Source of the DNA: a virus | Virus record (IMG/VR): IMGVR_UViG_3300020202_000060 | Span: 1-12,542 of that record | Length of the DNA: 12,542 nt | Direction: 5' to 3' (one strand) | Shown here: piece by piece, positions 1-6,859 of the stretch | How positions within the stretch are numbered: position 1 is the stretch's first letter | Layout of the letters: every line of letters begins with the position of its first letter | Notes under the pieces: generated by a model | What the model was told of the DNA's origin: nothing | The model's input: only the letters and a program-made list of their open reading frames with translations | Database searches by the model: none | Program-made: the position numbers and the translations under genes

Positions 1-9
1 GATATAATT

Positions 10-54
10 AAACGAACCCTTTTTAAATGGGCATTAAAACGAACCCTTTTTAAA
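10..54 (+). repeat. Two copies of the 18-bp AAACGAACCCTTTTTAAA (10-27 and 37-54, 27-bp period), each with a T5 run; candidate tandem terminators or binding sites
   Basis: Exact direct repeat read from the sequence. It lies just downstream of the last gene of the terminase operon when the ends are joined. Oligo-T runs act as archaeal termination signals. Confidence 0.6.
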
Positions 55-73
55 CCCCCTCCTTCACTTGGAT

Positions 74-85
74 AAAATATAAATA
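74..85 (+). promoter_or_regulatory. TATA-like box AAAATATAAATA upstream of the portal operon
   Basis: A/T-rich TATA-like motif about 60 nt before the portal GTG start. The predicted transcript start would fall near the 106-124 hairpin. Confidence 0.35.
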
Positions 86-105
86 CGCTACTAGTTTCTT
101 AGCAT

Positions 106-124
106 CGCTTAAAGGTTTTAAGCG
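106..124 (+). promoter_or_regulatory. Perfect hairpin CGCTTAAA-GGT-TTTAAGCG in the portal 5' leader
   Basis: 8-bp perfect inverted repeat with a 3-nt loop, read directly, between the TATA-like box and the portal Shine-Dalgarno (SD) sequence. Confidence 0.5.
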
Positions 125-143
125 TAAACAAGAGGTTTCAAGC

Positions 144-1247
144 GTGGGAGAATACAATATAAGTAATACAACAGTAACGGATTTAAAAGGCACCATAAAA
201 GATTTCTCTATCGGAACAAGACAACTTGATAGTGTTAATGCATCAGGGGACACGTTTTATGACAATCCCGACTTCATAAAATATCTATCATATTATAAGA
301 GTATTCCAGAATTAAAGAAGTCTATTGATACATTTGCAACTTATGCAGTAGGTAGAGGTTTCACAGCCGATCCAAGTACAAAAGTTATTCTAGATCACGT
401 GACCGGAGCAGGCGAAGATACTTTTGACAGTATAATATGGAATCTAATCGTTATCAAAAAGATCAACGGAGATTCTTTTGCAGAAGTCATGAGAGAAGGA
501 GACAAGAAGGATGGAGTTATTTTGAACATCAAACCTCTTAACCCTGCCACTATAAGCGTAGTGTACGGATCAGACGGAAGAATCAAACATTATATCCAAC
601 GTAATGAAAAGAACGGGGATAAGAAGCTCGACAAGTGGAGAGTTCTACATCTAATTAATGATCGTATTGGAGATGAAATTCATGGTGTATCCGTGGTTGA
701 AGCCTGTAAATGGATAATTGATGCACGTAATGAAGCCATGAACGACTGGCGCAGAATCTCTCACAGGTCCACTATAAGGGTAATGTATATCGATTCAGAC
801 AATATTACGAAGATCAACCAAGTTAAAACCGAATACGCGGAAGCTATCAAGAAGGGTGAACTTCTTATTATCCCTGCAAAAAGAGGAGAAGCAGAATTTG
901 AAGATTTGCAACTCCCACCCGTTGATGCTTTTCTCTCCTGGATCCGCTACCTAGAGAACGCATTCTATCAAGCGGTAGGCGTTCCGAAGGTCGTCCTCGG
1001 CGGATCCGAGGAGTTTACAGAAGCCTCATCGAAAACTGCGTTAGTAACTTTCGATCAGCAATGGAAGAAAGAGCAGCGTGATCTAGAAGCCGATTTGTGG
1101 AATCAGTTAGCATTAAAGATAATATTGTACGAGCCAATAAGTCTAAAGAACGAGATGATTACAGATGAAAGCAAGAATACTGGACAATTAGGATTTCAAC
1201 CCAATGACGTTACGGCCAACAGCGGAGCCGATGGAGAAGGAGTATAA
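144..1247 (+). CDS. Portal protein (HK97-family-like)
   Basis: 367-aa ORF, GTG start with AGAGG 8 nt upstream. Motif pattern I associate with phage portals: INGDSFAEVMR, RVLHLINDRIGDEIHGVSVVEA, FLSWIRYLENAFYQAVGVPKVVLGG. It heads the head-morphogenesis operon. Confidence 0.8.
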   Translation: MGEYNISNTTVTDLKGTIKDFSIGTRQLDSVNASGDTFYDNPDFIKYLSYYKSIPELKKSIDTFATYAVGRGFTADPSTKVILDHVTGAGEDTFDSIIWNLIVIKKINGDSFAEVMREGDKKDGVILNIKPLNPATISVVYGSDGRIKHYIQRNEKNGDKKLDKWRVLHLINDRIGDEIHGVSVVEACKWIIDARNEAMNDWRRISHRSTIRVMYIDSDNITKINQVKTEYAEAIKKGELLIIPAKRGEAEFEDLQLPPVDAFLSWIRYLENAFYQAVGVPKVVLGGSEEFTEASSKTALVTFDQQWKKEQRDLEADLWNQLALKIILYEPISLKNEMITDESKNTGQLGFQPNDVTANSGADGEGV

Positions 1248-2260
1248 TGGCACCAACAAACTCAAGTAAGCCTAAGCCAAAACCAAAGCCGAAACCTGAA
1301 CCAGAATCAGAATCGCAATCAGAACCAAGACCTAGAAAGGTAGTTAGTATTGCAGGAGAAGAAGTTGATAGTGAACAGTTTATCGCAAGTAAACAACCTG
1401 CTAGAAACTTTTCAAGGCCAACCGGTACAGATCGAAGTCGTGCTGTTGAGATTACAAATTTATCAAGTGCAGAGAAAAGCAGAATATCCCAACAACATGG
1501 ACTGGAAGGAGTAGCAAGACGGGATATTGCATTAGAAAACCAAAAAGCTGAAATTCAAAATCAATTACAACAAGAACGTGCGAAAAGTCTCCAACCGATT
1601 ATTGGACAAGTTGCACAACCAATGCCTGAACAAACTATTATCCCCGGCTCCCCTGTTAATCCTTTAACTCCTGAACAAGCGAAAGAGTTAACCAATACTA
1701 CGCCACCACAACAAACACTTATCGGAAAAGATGAAGCCACAAGCTTGGCCCTTGGTGGAACAAGTATCGGAGCAGGCGCAGCTACTGGCGCAGGTCTTGG
1801 TGCCACAGCAGGTGCAGCTTTTGCTGGTGTTGGTGCTGTACCCGGAGCTATTATCGGGGGAGTTGCTGGCGGAGCAAGTGCAGGTCTTGCTAAAATCTCA
1901 TTTGAAAAAAGAGAGAACGTGGCAGTTGCAACTAAAAACTACAAGCTCGCACGTTCAAATATGAAAACCATAATCAATCAAGTCAATGCTGGAATGATGT
2001 CTCCTGAGGATGCCGTAGTAGCATGGAATGATCAGTTGAATACTATTAATATAGCACATAGAAATCTTAAGCTAGAGACTTCAACATCTCTTGCTCGATT
2101 CTTATCAGGTGGCCGTGTTGAACTAACAGAGATTCAAAACTTTAAAGACAATGAGGAGCTGTTTTTTACGAATAGGTTACAAGCTGCGCTATTAAGTCCT
2201 AATCCTAACTCAATATTTATGGATTTACAAGAAAATGAGGCGCCAAGCTATGACAGCTAA
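1247..2260 (+). CDS. Hypothetical virion protein with an N-terminal (KP)n/(SE)n repeat and a central glycine-zipper hydrophobic segment
   Basis: 337-aa ORF whose ATG overlaps the portal stop (TAATG), with AGGAG upstream. N-terminus is KPKPKPKPKPEPESESQSEPRP. Residues around 165-215 read GGTSIGAGAATGAGLGATAGAAFAGVGAVPGAIIGGVAGGASAGLA. Function not recognised. Confidence 0.7.
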   Translation: MAPTNSSKPKPKPKPKPEPESESQSEPRPRKVVSIAGEEVDSEQFIASKQPARNFSRPTGTDRSRAVEITNLSSAEKSRISQQHGLEGVARRDIALENQKAEIQNQLQQERAKSLQPIIGQVAQPMPEQTIIPGSPVNPLTPEQAKELTNTTPPQQTLIGKDEATSLALGGTSIGAGAATGAGLGATAGAAFAGVGAVPGAIIGGVAGGASAGLAKISFEKRENVAVATKNYKLARSNMKTIINQVNAGMMSPEDAVVAWNDQLNTINIAHRNLKLETSTSLARFLSGGRVELTEIQNFKDNEELFFTNRLQAALLSPNPNSIFMDLQENEAPSYDS

Positions 2261-2408
2261 AAGAACAGCTATTCCAAGCAACGACCAACGTATTTTATCA
2301 AATACCCAGTACAACTGCTCAGGTCCTTTAAGCCTAAGAAATTCAAGCTTTTCCTTTTCTTTTAAGCTCATAAATTTAACAATAAATCGAGGTTTAAAAA
2401 CCTTCTGA
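2250..2408 (+). CDS. Hypothetical 52-aa protein (not in the ORF track)
   Basis: Its ATG overlaps the end of the upstream ORF and its TGA overlaps the next ATG (TGATG), which suggests translational coupling. No recognisable motif; composition is unremarkable. Confidence 0.3.
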   Translation: MTAKRTAIPSNDQRILSNTQYNCSGPLSLRNSSFSFSFKLINLTINRGLKTF

Positions 2409-2554
2409 TGGACGCTGAGTGGATCACAGTTGGAGCCGGTGTTGGGTTCCCCGCTAGTCTCTGTGTTTACCTTCTAGTCCGTATGGAAAAAGCGATTAAT
2501 AAACTAACAGAAGCCGTTACGGTTTTGACGATTAAAATGAAAGGAGGGAATTAA
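2408..2554 (+). CDS. 48-aa single-pass membrane protein, YvrJ-like by eye
   Basis: MDAEWITVGAGVGFPASLCVYLLVRMEKAINKLTEAVTVLTIKMKGGN. The GFP...YLL.R.E.....L pattern recalls the roughly 50-aa YvrJ family. Stop/start coupled to its neighbours. Not in the ORF track because it is under 60 aa. Confidence 0.5.
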   Translation: MDAEWITVGAGVGFPASLCVYLLVRMEKAINKLTEAVTVLTIKMKGGN

Positions 2555-2555
2555 G

Positions 2556-2822
2556 ATGAGTGAACAAAAAGAAGACCTTGGAGCAGTTGATATTGGAGAT
2601 GGGAATAAGCCCTCGTCAACTCCGGTTATTGACTCCGCAAATCAAGCAGCAGAAAGGATGGAAAGAGCTGCCGCAGTCCTCAAAGCGGAAAACGACAGAC
2701 TTGAAATCTTGAGATCTGAAAAGATTCTAGGCGGAATGACCGATGCAGGACAGACAGTCAGTAAACCTGAAATGTCTCCACAGGAATACGCAAGAGCCAT
2801 TCTTGAAGGCAAGATAAAATGA
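2556..2822 (+). CDS. Small alpha-helical protein, possible scaffolding protein
   Basis: 88 aa with a strong AGGAGG 8 nt upstream. Has a coiled-coil-like stretch AAERMERAAAVLKAENDRLEILRSEK. The position between portal and capsid genes is typical of scaffolds. The function is inferred. Confidence 0.7.
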   Translation: MSEQKEDLGAVDIGDGNKPSSTPVIDSANQAAERMERAAAVLKAENDRLEILRSEKILGGMTDAGQTVSKPEMSPQEYARAILEGKIK

Positions 2823-3277
2823 CGCACCTAGTATTGTTAACAAGAGGAAATTTGGAGCATGTAGAGATCTTCATAAAAGAACTACATACGCGATACTTGC
2901 CAATGGACATATACAATCCAGTTACCAAGAAGATGGAGCGCAGATTACAACAGATGCGAGTGTGTCCAGTTCAATTATGGGATATATCATTCCCTGATGA
3001 ACATAAAGACGCTGTGCTAAACACCTGCTTAGCAGGAAATAGTGGGGCGCCAGTTGGAACACATTCAGTCAAGTACAAGCTTGGATTTGCAGCATTACAA
3101 AAAGCTCTGCGTCTAAGCCCTATTCCAGAATATAATAAAAAGGGTAAGTTGGCTATGCGTCCACCAGAACATATCGAGTTAATCGGTATTGGAACTAAGG
3201 ACGATTATTGGATTGAGCCTGATGGAAGCCATGTTTCAAAAGATAAGAAGAGTAAATTAGCAACTGAGGGTATATGA
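2819..3277 (+). CDS. Hypothetical protein (152 aa)
   Basis: ORF overlaps its neighbours by 4 nt at both ends (ATGA). No motif recognised. Confidence 0.65.
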   Translation: MTHLVLLTRGNLEHVEIFIKELHTRYLPMDIYNPVTKKMERRLQQMRVCPVQLWDISFPDEHKDAVLNTCLAGNSGAPVGTHSVKYKLGFAALQKALRLSPIPEYNKKGKLAMRPPEHIELIGIGTKDDYWIEPDGSHVSKDKKSKLATEGI

Positions 3278-3525
3278 CTGAGTGGGAAGATCTAAGCAAG
3301 TTCGAAAGGATAAAAAGAAAGTTTAGATCTTACTCTTTAGAAAAGACCCTGTTAATTCTCTTAACAATTTCATTTTTTTTATTTATTGGTTTTATTCTAG
3401 GTTTCCTAGTTGCATTTGAGTTCATGTGGAGCAAGTCCATTATACTTGCTGAAAAGTTTTTAGATGTCCAACTAAATGGTCAGGCAAAGGAACTAATGAA
3501 AGTTTACTTCTGGAAATTAACATGA
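3274..3525 (+). CDS. Small membrane protein (83 aa, one TM helix)
   Basis: Hydrophobic stretch TLLILLTISFFLFIGFILGFLVAFEFMW after a basic N-terminus. ATGA overlaps on both sides. Confidence 0.65.
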   Translation: MTEWEDLSKFERIKRKFRSYSLEKTLLILLTISFFLFIGFILGFLVAFEFMWSKSIILAEKFLDVQLNGQAKELMKVYFWKLT

Positions 3526-3815
3526 ACATTCCTACTTTTATGTGGCTTAAGAAGTATTTCGATACTGGATACGGTTTAATGAATTACCCTAGAGCATTGA
3601 TGATGGTCATAGGAGTTGGCGGTATTGCTAGAAACTGGAATTGGAAATTACTTATTATTATGGGCATAGCCTACGGTGTATTATGTTTTGTCTCAGGTTG
3701 GCTATACATACTTTTCAAGCTCCAAGATTATGAAAACGAGATTAACAATATCTTAAATCCATTCCAAAGAGAGGTTAGAAAGAAACTTGGCCAGAAGTCT
3801 AAGGTTGTGGGTTAG
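3522..3815 (+). CDS. Membrane protein (97 aa, two predicted TM helices)
   Basis: ALMMVIGVGGIARNW and LLIIMGIAYGVLCFVSGWLYILF segments followed by a charged C-terminal tail, a holin-like topology. The function is inferred only. Confidence 0.65.
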   Translation: MNIPTFMWLKKYFDTGYGLMNYPRALMMVIGVGGIARNWNWKLLIIMGIAYGVLCFVSGWLYILFKLQDYENEINNILNPFQREVRKKLGQKSKVVG

Positions 3816-3924
3816 AGTCGATAAAGAAGAGATCGAACGTATTCGGAGAAAGGCCAAAGAAATGAACATTTCTGTATCAGAGTATATCAGGATCATGTGC
3901 GGACACCGAATAAAAAGAAGATAG
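3805..3924 (+). CDS. Mini RHH (CopG/Arc-like) DNA-binding protein, about 39-45 aa (not in the ORF track)
   Basis: Translation (M)WVRVDKEEIERIRRKAKEMNISVSEYIRIMCGHRIKRR fits the strand-helix-helix pattern. Only TTG starts are available (3805 or 3787). It overlaps the end of the upstream ORF. Confidence 0.4.
   Translation: MWVRVDKEEIERIRRKAKEMNISVSEYIRIMCGHRIKRR
3909..3916 (+). promoter_or_regulatory. Weak TATA-like box AATAAAAA, 22 nt upstream of the ATG at 3938
   Basis: Same 22-nt box-to-ATG spacing as three stronger TATA boxes elsewhere in this genome. No SD precedes the 3938 ATG, consistent with a leaderless capsid-gene transcript. Confidence 0.35.
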
Positions 3925-3937
3925 TTTTATCTCCTGC

Positions 3938-4348
3938 ATGGCTAATGAAGCATCATTAAGAGTAAGAATTGAAGAACCTTTACCTTTTACCGTCGCTGAT
4001 GGAACTGGAATTGAAAAGGGAGCTACATTAAGATTAACTGATCCTAGAACTGCTGCTGCAAATACTGCTAACGGACAAATGGCCGCAGGTATTGCTGCAA
4101 GAGAAAAAGTTGCTTCTGATGGAAGAACTGAATTAGCAGTATACAGACGCGGATGGTTCGACATGAAATGTTCAGGAGCCGTTGTACTTGGTTCTAAATT
4201 AGTATTTGCAGGCGGAGATAATTGCGTAGTACAAGCTACATCAGCACATTCAGGAGCTGCTGTAATTGGAACTGCACTTGAAACTGGAGCAGATAACGAA
4301 GTCATTCTAGTAGACCTTAATATTGGTGGTGGAGGCGTAGGCGGATAA
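3938..4348 (+). CDS. DUF2190-like head decoration/cement protein (by eye)
   Basis: 136 aa, immediately upstream of and overlapping the capsid gene (TAATG). Gly/Ala-rich beta pattern: AAGIAAREKVASDGRTELAVYRRGWFDMK...GSKLVFAGGDN...AVIGTALETGADNEVILVDL. This resembles the small proteins that commonly precede HK97-type capsid genes. Confidence 0.6.
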   Translation: MANEASLRVRIEEPLPFTVADGTGIEKGATLRLTDPRTAAANTANGQMAAGIAAREKVASDGRTELAVYRRGWFDMKCSGAVVLGSKLVFAGGDNCVVQATSAHSGAAVIGTALETGADNEVILVDLNIGGGGVGG

Positions 4349-5211
4349 TGGCAGATCAAGTTGAAATGCAGGATATCAGAGGCCTTGACATTGATAAGGC
4401 AGTTAAAGGTTTCGCATTAACAGAGTATATCTTCAAGAATGCTGTAACAGTTGTTAACACAAGCGCAGATCATATAAGATGGTATCAAGAAACTGCTGCT
4501 GATCTAACTGCAACAGCTCCAATGAGAGTTGCAAACAAAGCTACCTTAGCATTACCTACTGAACTTGAAGTAAGTTGGACAAGAAATACTTCTTATGTTA
4601 AAGAGTACATGGCACAGGGAACTATATCCGAGATGGATATAAAGTCTGCTGACATTGACGTACTTGCTAGAACTCTATTAAGATTAACTAGAGCAGTAGT
4701 TAAACAAGTTGATACAGACATCTACAACGTAGCATCAGAATCTCAAACAGCAGTTAACATTAACTCTGTAACATCCAATGCAGCATGGGATGCAGCATCT
4801 GGACAAGATCCAATAGAAGACATATTGGAAGCTATGCAGAAGATTGAAGAAGCAGATTATGAAACTTCAGGATTAGAAATTTGGTTATCACCTAAAGATA
4901 AGAAGTCACTATTGACTTGGTTGATCTCAACAAAGGGAGCAAGTATACCACAATTTGCATCTGAGAAAGTTGAGAATGGAGTATTAATGACATTCCTAGG
5001 AGCTAAAGTTAGAGTATCTCCAAACGTAGTTGCAGATTCAGCTCTAGTATTAAATCCTAAGAAAGCAGTTACTTACAGACAATTTACTGATACAACCTCA
5101 AAGATAATTGAGAATCCTGGATTGAATAAAATGATTAGAGTATGGGCAAGAGGAATCGCCACTCTAACTGATCCAAAAGCAGTTACTATCATCACTAATA
5201 CTCAGACATAA
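4348..5211 (+). CDS. Major capsid protein, HK97-fold type
   Basis: 287 aa with GGAGG upstream. The C-terminal pattern LEIWLSPKDKKSLL...FLGAKVRVSPNVVADSALVLNPKKAVTY...MIRVWARGIATLTDPKAVTIITN is typical of HK97-like capsid proteins, and the genomic context fits. Confidence 0.75.
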   Translation: MADQVEMQDIRGLDIDKAVKGFALTEYIFKNAVTVVNTSADHIRWYQETAADLTATAPMRVANKATLALPTELEVSWTRNTSYVKEYMAQGTISEMDIKSADIDVLARTLLRLTRAVVKQVDTDIYNVASESQTAVNINSVTSNAAWDAASGQDPIEDILEAMQKIEEADYETSGLEIWLSPKDKKSLLTWLISTKGASIPQFASEKVENGVLMTFLGAKVRVSPNVVADSALVLNPKKAVTYRQFTDTTSKIIENPGLNKMIRVWARGIATLTDPKAVTIITNTQT

Positions 5212-5215
5212 TTCT

Positions 5216-5356
5216 ATGGCATTAGGCACAGTAGTTGATGGGACGGGCACTGTTGGAACAAGATTTTTAGATAAAGATTATCCTAATACTGAAGGTCTTG
5301 TTGCAGGTACTACTATAACTGGTGAAGATCCAACACTTGAGGAGTTAGGAATCTAA
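5216..5356 (+). CDS. Hypothetical 46-aa protein (not in the ORF track)
   Basis: MALGTVVDGTGTVGTRFLDKDYPNTEGLVAGTTITGEDPTLEELGI. It starts 5 nt after the capsid stop and its stop overlaps the fibre ATG (TAATG). Confidence 0.4.
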   Translation: MALGTVVDGTGTVGTRFLDKDYPNTEGLVAGTTITGEDPTLEELGI

Positions 5357-6207
5357 TGGGCGGATTAGGAAGCGGAAGAAAGCCAGACCCTGTAAGATTA
5401 TTAACAGGAGCTAACGAGCCAGTAGGAAGGACTGCAAGCCCTATTGTTTTACCAAATTACTCCGGAGTACCTTTACACGATCCTACAAGAGAAGCATTCG
5501 TATTGAAGGCAGGAGATACCATGACAGGTAATCTTAATATTCTCCCAGATCAAGCGAATTATTCCTTAAAGTTTATGGTTACAGAAAACGGTAATCCTGT
5601 CAGTAAGATTCGTTTTCAGAACACAAGCTTAGGTGATTATGAAATCAATGCAGATGATGCGTACCTTAACTTATCCAAGAGCGTGATAGGTTTCCAAAGC
5701 GGAGTTAAAATCAATGATATGGATTTAACTATCAGTAACATGACTACTTCAGGTTTTCTTAAGAACAGCACAAACGGCTTAATCATGGGCGGTCAGTCAT
5801 CAGGCTTTACTGTACAAGCTGCACAGGGCGGGCGTTTCAATCCTGCTGACGCAACTTCATATTATTTCGGTTGTTCATTTGGCGGATCTTCAGGTAATAC
5901 TACTGCTGACAATGCACGGATCTATATGCCTAAAGCAGGAACGATAACAAGCGTTTACATATTCACTAGAAATGGAACTCCGGGAAGTAATGAGACATCT
6001 ACAATATACGTAAGAAAGAATAATACAGCTGATACAGTTATATCGTCGTCAGTTAAGAACGATCAAACACATGAAGCATTCTCCAATACTGCTTTAAGTA
6101 TAGCAGTAGCACAAGGGGATTATATTGAAATCAAATGGACAACGCCAACATGGGCAACGAATCCATTAAGCACAGAAGTCTATGCAACAATTTACGTAGA
6201 GCAATAG
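5356..6207 (+). CDS. Fibre / receptor-binding-like protein
   Basis: 283 aa with GAGGAG upstream. Contains KAGDTMTGNLNI, the (G)GxMTGxL motif recurrent near the N-termini of phage tail fibres. The C-terminal half is beta-rich. It is the last gene of the rightward structural operon. Confidence 0.6.
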   Translation: MGGLGSGRKPDPVRLLTGANEPVGRTASPIVLPNYSGVPLHDPTREAFVLKAGDTMTGNLNILPDQANYSLKFMVTENGNPVSKIRFQNTSLGDYEINADDAYLNLSKSVIGFQSGVKINDMDLTISNMTTSGFLKNSTNGLIMGGQSSGFTVQAAQGGRFNPADATSYYFGCSFGGSSGNTTADNARIYMPKAGTITSVYIFTRNGTPGSNETSTIYVRKNNTADTVISSSVKNDQTHEAFSNTALSIAVAQGDYIEIKWTTPTWATNPLSTEVYATIYVEQ

Positions 6208-6507
6208 TTATTCTTTATACTCACTATCCCAAACTACTCCGGCACAAGTCCAACCGTTAGACGTGTACTGGTCCATCTCTTCTCCTAGTTTTCTCTTCTC
6301 TGTAAAATCTAATTTATAATTTTTAACTTGAATGAATCTGATATGCTTATCTTTAGGATCGATTGCAATAAGATCACAAAATCCATGAGAGCCACCAGTG
6401 CGTAAGACAATCGGCCAACCTGCTTTTAACAAGGTGTTTCTTACTCTGTACTCTTTAGCTCTACCCCTAGTGTAGTTTGTCGCCATGATTCTGTTTGATC
6501 CATCCAA
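6208..6507 (-). CDS. hjc: Hjc-like Holliday-junction resolvase (PD-(D/E)xK nuclease)
   Basis: RGRAKEYRVRNTLLKAGWPIVLRTGGSHGFCDLIAIDPKDKHIRFIQVKN matches the archaeal Hjc layout (G..xE, ...D-L-I-A..., ...x-V-K). The track start at 6507 is TTG; the ATG at 6486 (MATNYTRG...) is the more likely start. Confidence 0.65.
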   Translation of the reverse strand: MDGSNRIMATNYTRGRAKEYRVRNTLLKAGWPIVLRTGGSHGFCDLIAIDPKDKHIRFIQVKNYKLDFTEKRKLGEEMDQYTSNGWTCAGVVWDSEYKE

Positions 6508-6689
6508 GTAATAACTGCTTCTAGTTCCTCCTGCGCTAGTCTTTTAGCTATACCGAAATTAACCATCATAGATGCTACGATAAACTTTCTATCATTTTCA
6601 TCTACTTTTCCAAATCTCTGGAACTTCTCTCTAACAGTATTCTTTAGCACCTGTAATCGCGCCATCTTTTTATTTAATGTCTGTGACAT
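6441..6689 (-). CDS. Hypothetical helical protein (82 aa)
   Basis: ATG start at 6689. Its 3' end overlaps the Hjc-like ORF by 46-67 nt. No motif recognised. Confidence 0.55.
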   Translation of the reverse strand: MSQTLNKKMARLQVLKNTVREKFQRFGKVDENDRKFIVASMMVNFGIAKRLAQEELEAVITWMDQTESWRQTTLGVELKSTE

Positions 6690-6698
6690 GAGTATGAT

Positions 6699-6806
6699 GC
6701 CGGGTCGTTGAAAAGCGGGAATGGATTAAACCCGTCCCATGCACGTTGCCCGGCTTAGCATGAGTATGACAGGGCGTCACTGGTTTTTAGCCAGATATAG
6801 CCCTAC
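6699..6806. ncRNA. GC-rich structured intergenic element: two nested hairpins, either a candidate structured leader or a small RNA
   Basis: GCCGGG(T) 6699-6705 pairs with (G)CCCGGC 6748-6754 and encloses GCGGG 6715-6719 / CCCGT 6731-6735. AGGGC 6771-6775 pairs with GCCCT 6800-6804 and encloses CTGG 6780-6783 / CCAG 6791-6794. The element is visibly more GC-rich than its flanks. Strand and function are unresolved. Confidence 0.4.
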
Positions 6807-6859
6807 TTTTGTTGTTGAAGGGTACAAAACCATTACCCCAAGATAATAATCGATTTTAA

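Larger units (their letters stand above)
1..127. repeat. Terminal direct repeat, left copy (identical to 12416-12542)
   Basis: Read directly: GATATAATTAAACGAACCC...TTTTAAGCGTAA occurs at both window ends with no mismatch. Confidence 0.95.

Noticed and set aside
50-586. 67-aa and 63-aa minus-strand ORFs near the portal start, and the 10179-10790 minus-strand ORFs inside terL
   Set aside because: All are antisense to strongly supported genes (portal, terL) and lack start signals.
1561-1964. 81-aa minus-strand and 77-aa plus-strand ORFs within the 337-aa gene
   Set aside because: These are alternative frames of the GCN/GGN-rich glycine-zipper segment. Repetitive Ala/Pro/Leu/Gln products are the usual by-product of such sequence.
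2408-2554. Bacterial (Firmicutes) host, suggested by the YvrJ-like peptide and strong GGAGG SD sites
   Set aside because: SD sites are also common in many archaea. The leaderless TATA geometry found four times, the archaeal-type tRNA-Asp fragment and the Hjc/RHH content outweigh a by-eye similarity of a 48-aa peptide. The host domain remains an inference.
3877-4359. 160-aa minus-strand ORF antisense to the decoration-like gene
   Set aside because: It lies fully inside a better-supported plus-strand gene that is translationally coupled to the capsid gene. The product is low-complexity Pro/Ala/Ser-rich, typical of an antisense frame. No start context.
6699-6754. Possible tRNA or C/D-box/H-ACA sRNA in the structured intergenic element
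   Set aside because: A 7-bp acceptor-like stem exists (GCCGGGT/GCCCGGC), but the whole hairpin is only 56 nt with a single internal arm, so it is not a cloverleaf. ATGATGC is one base off a C box, no D box (CTGA) sits at the right place, and the ACA at 6769-6771 is too far from the stem for an H/ACA guide.
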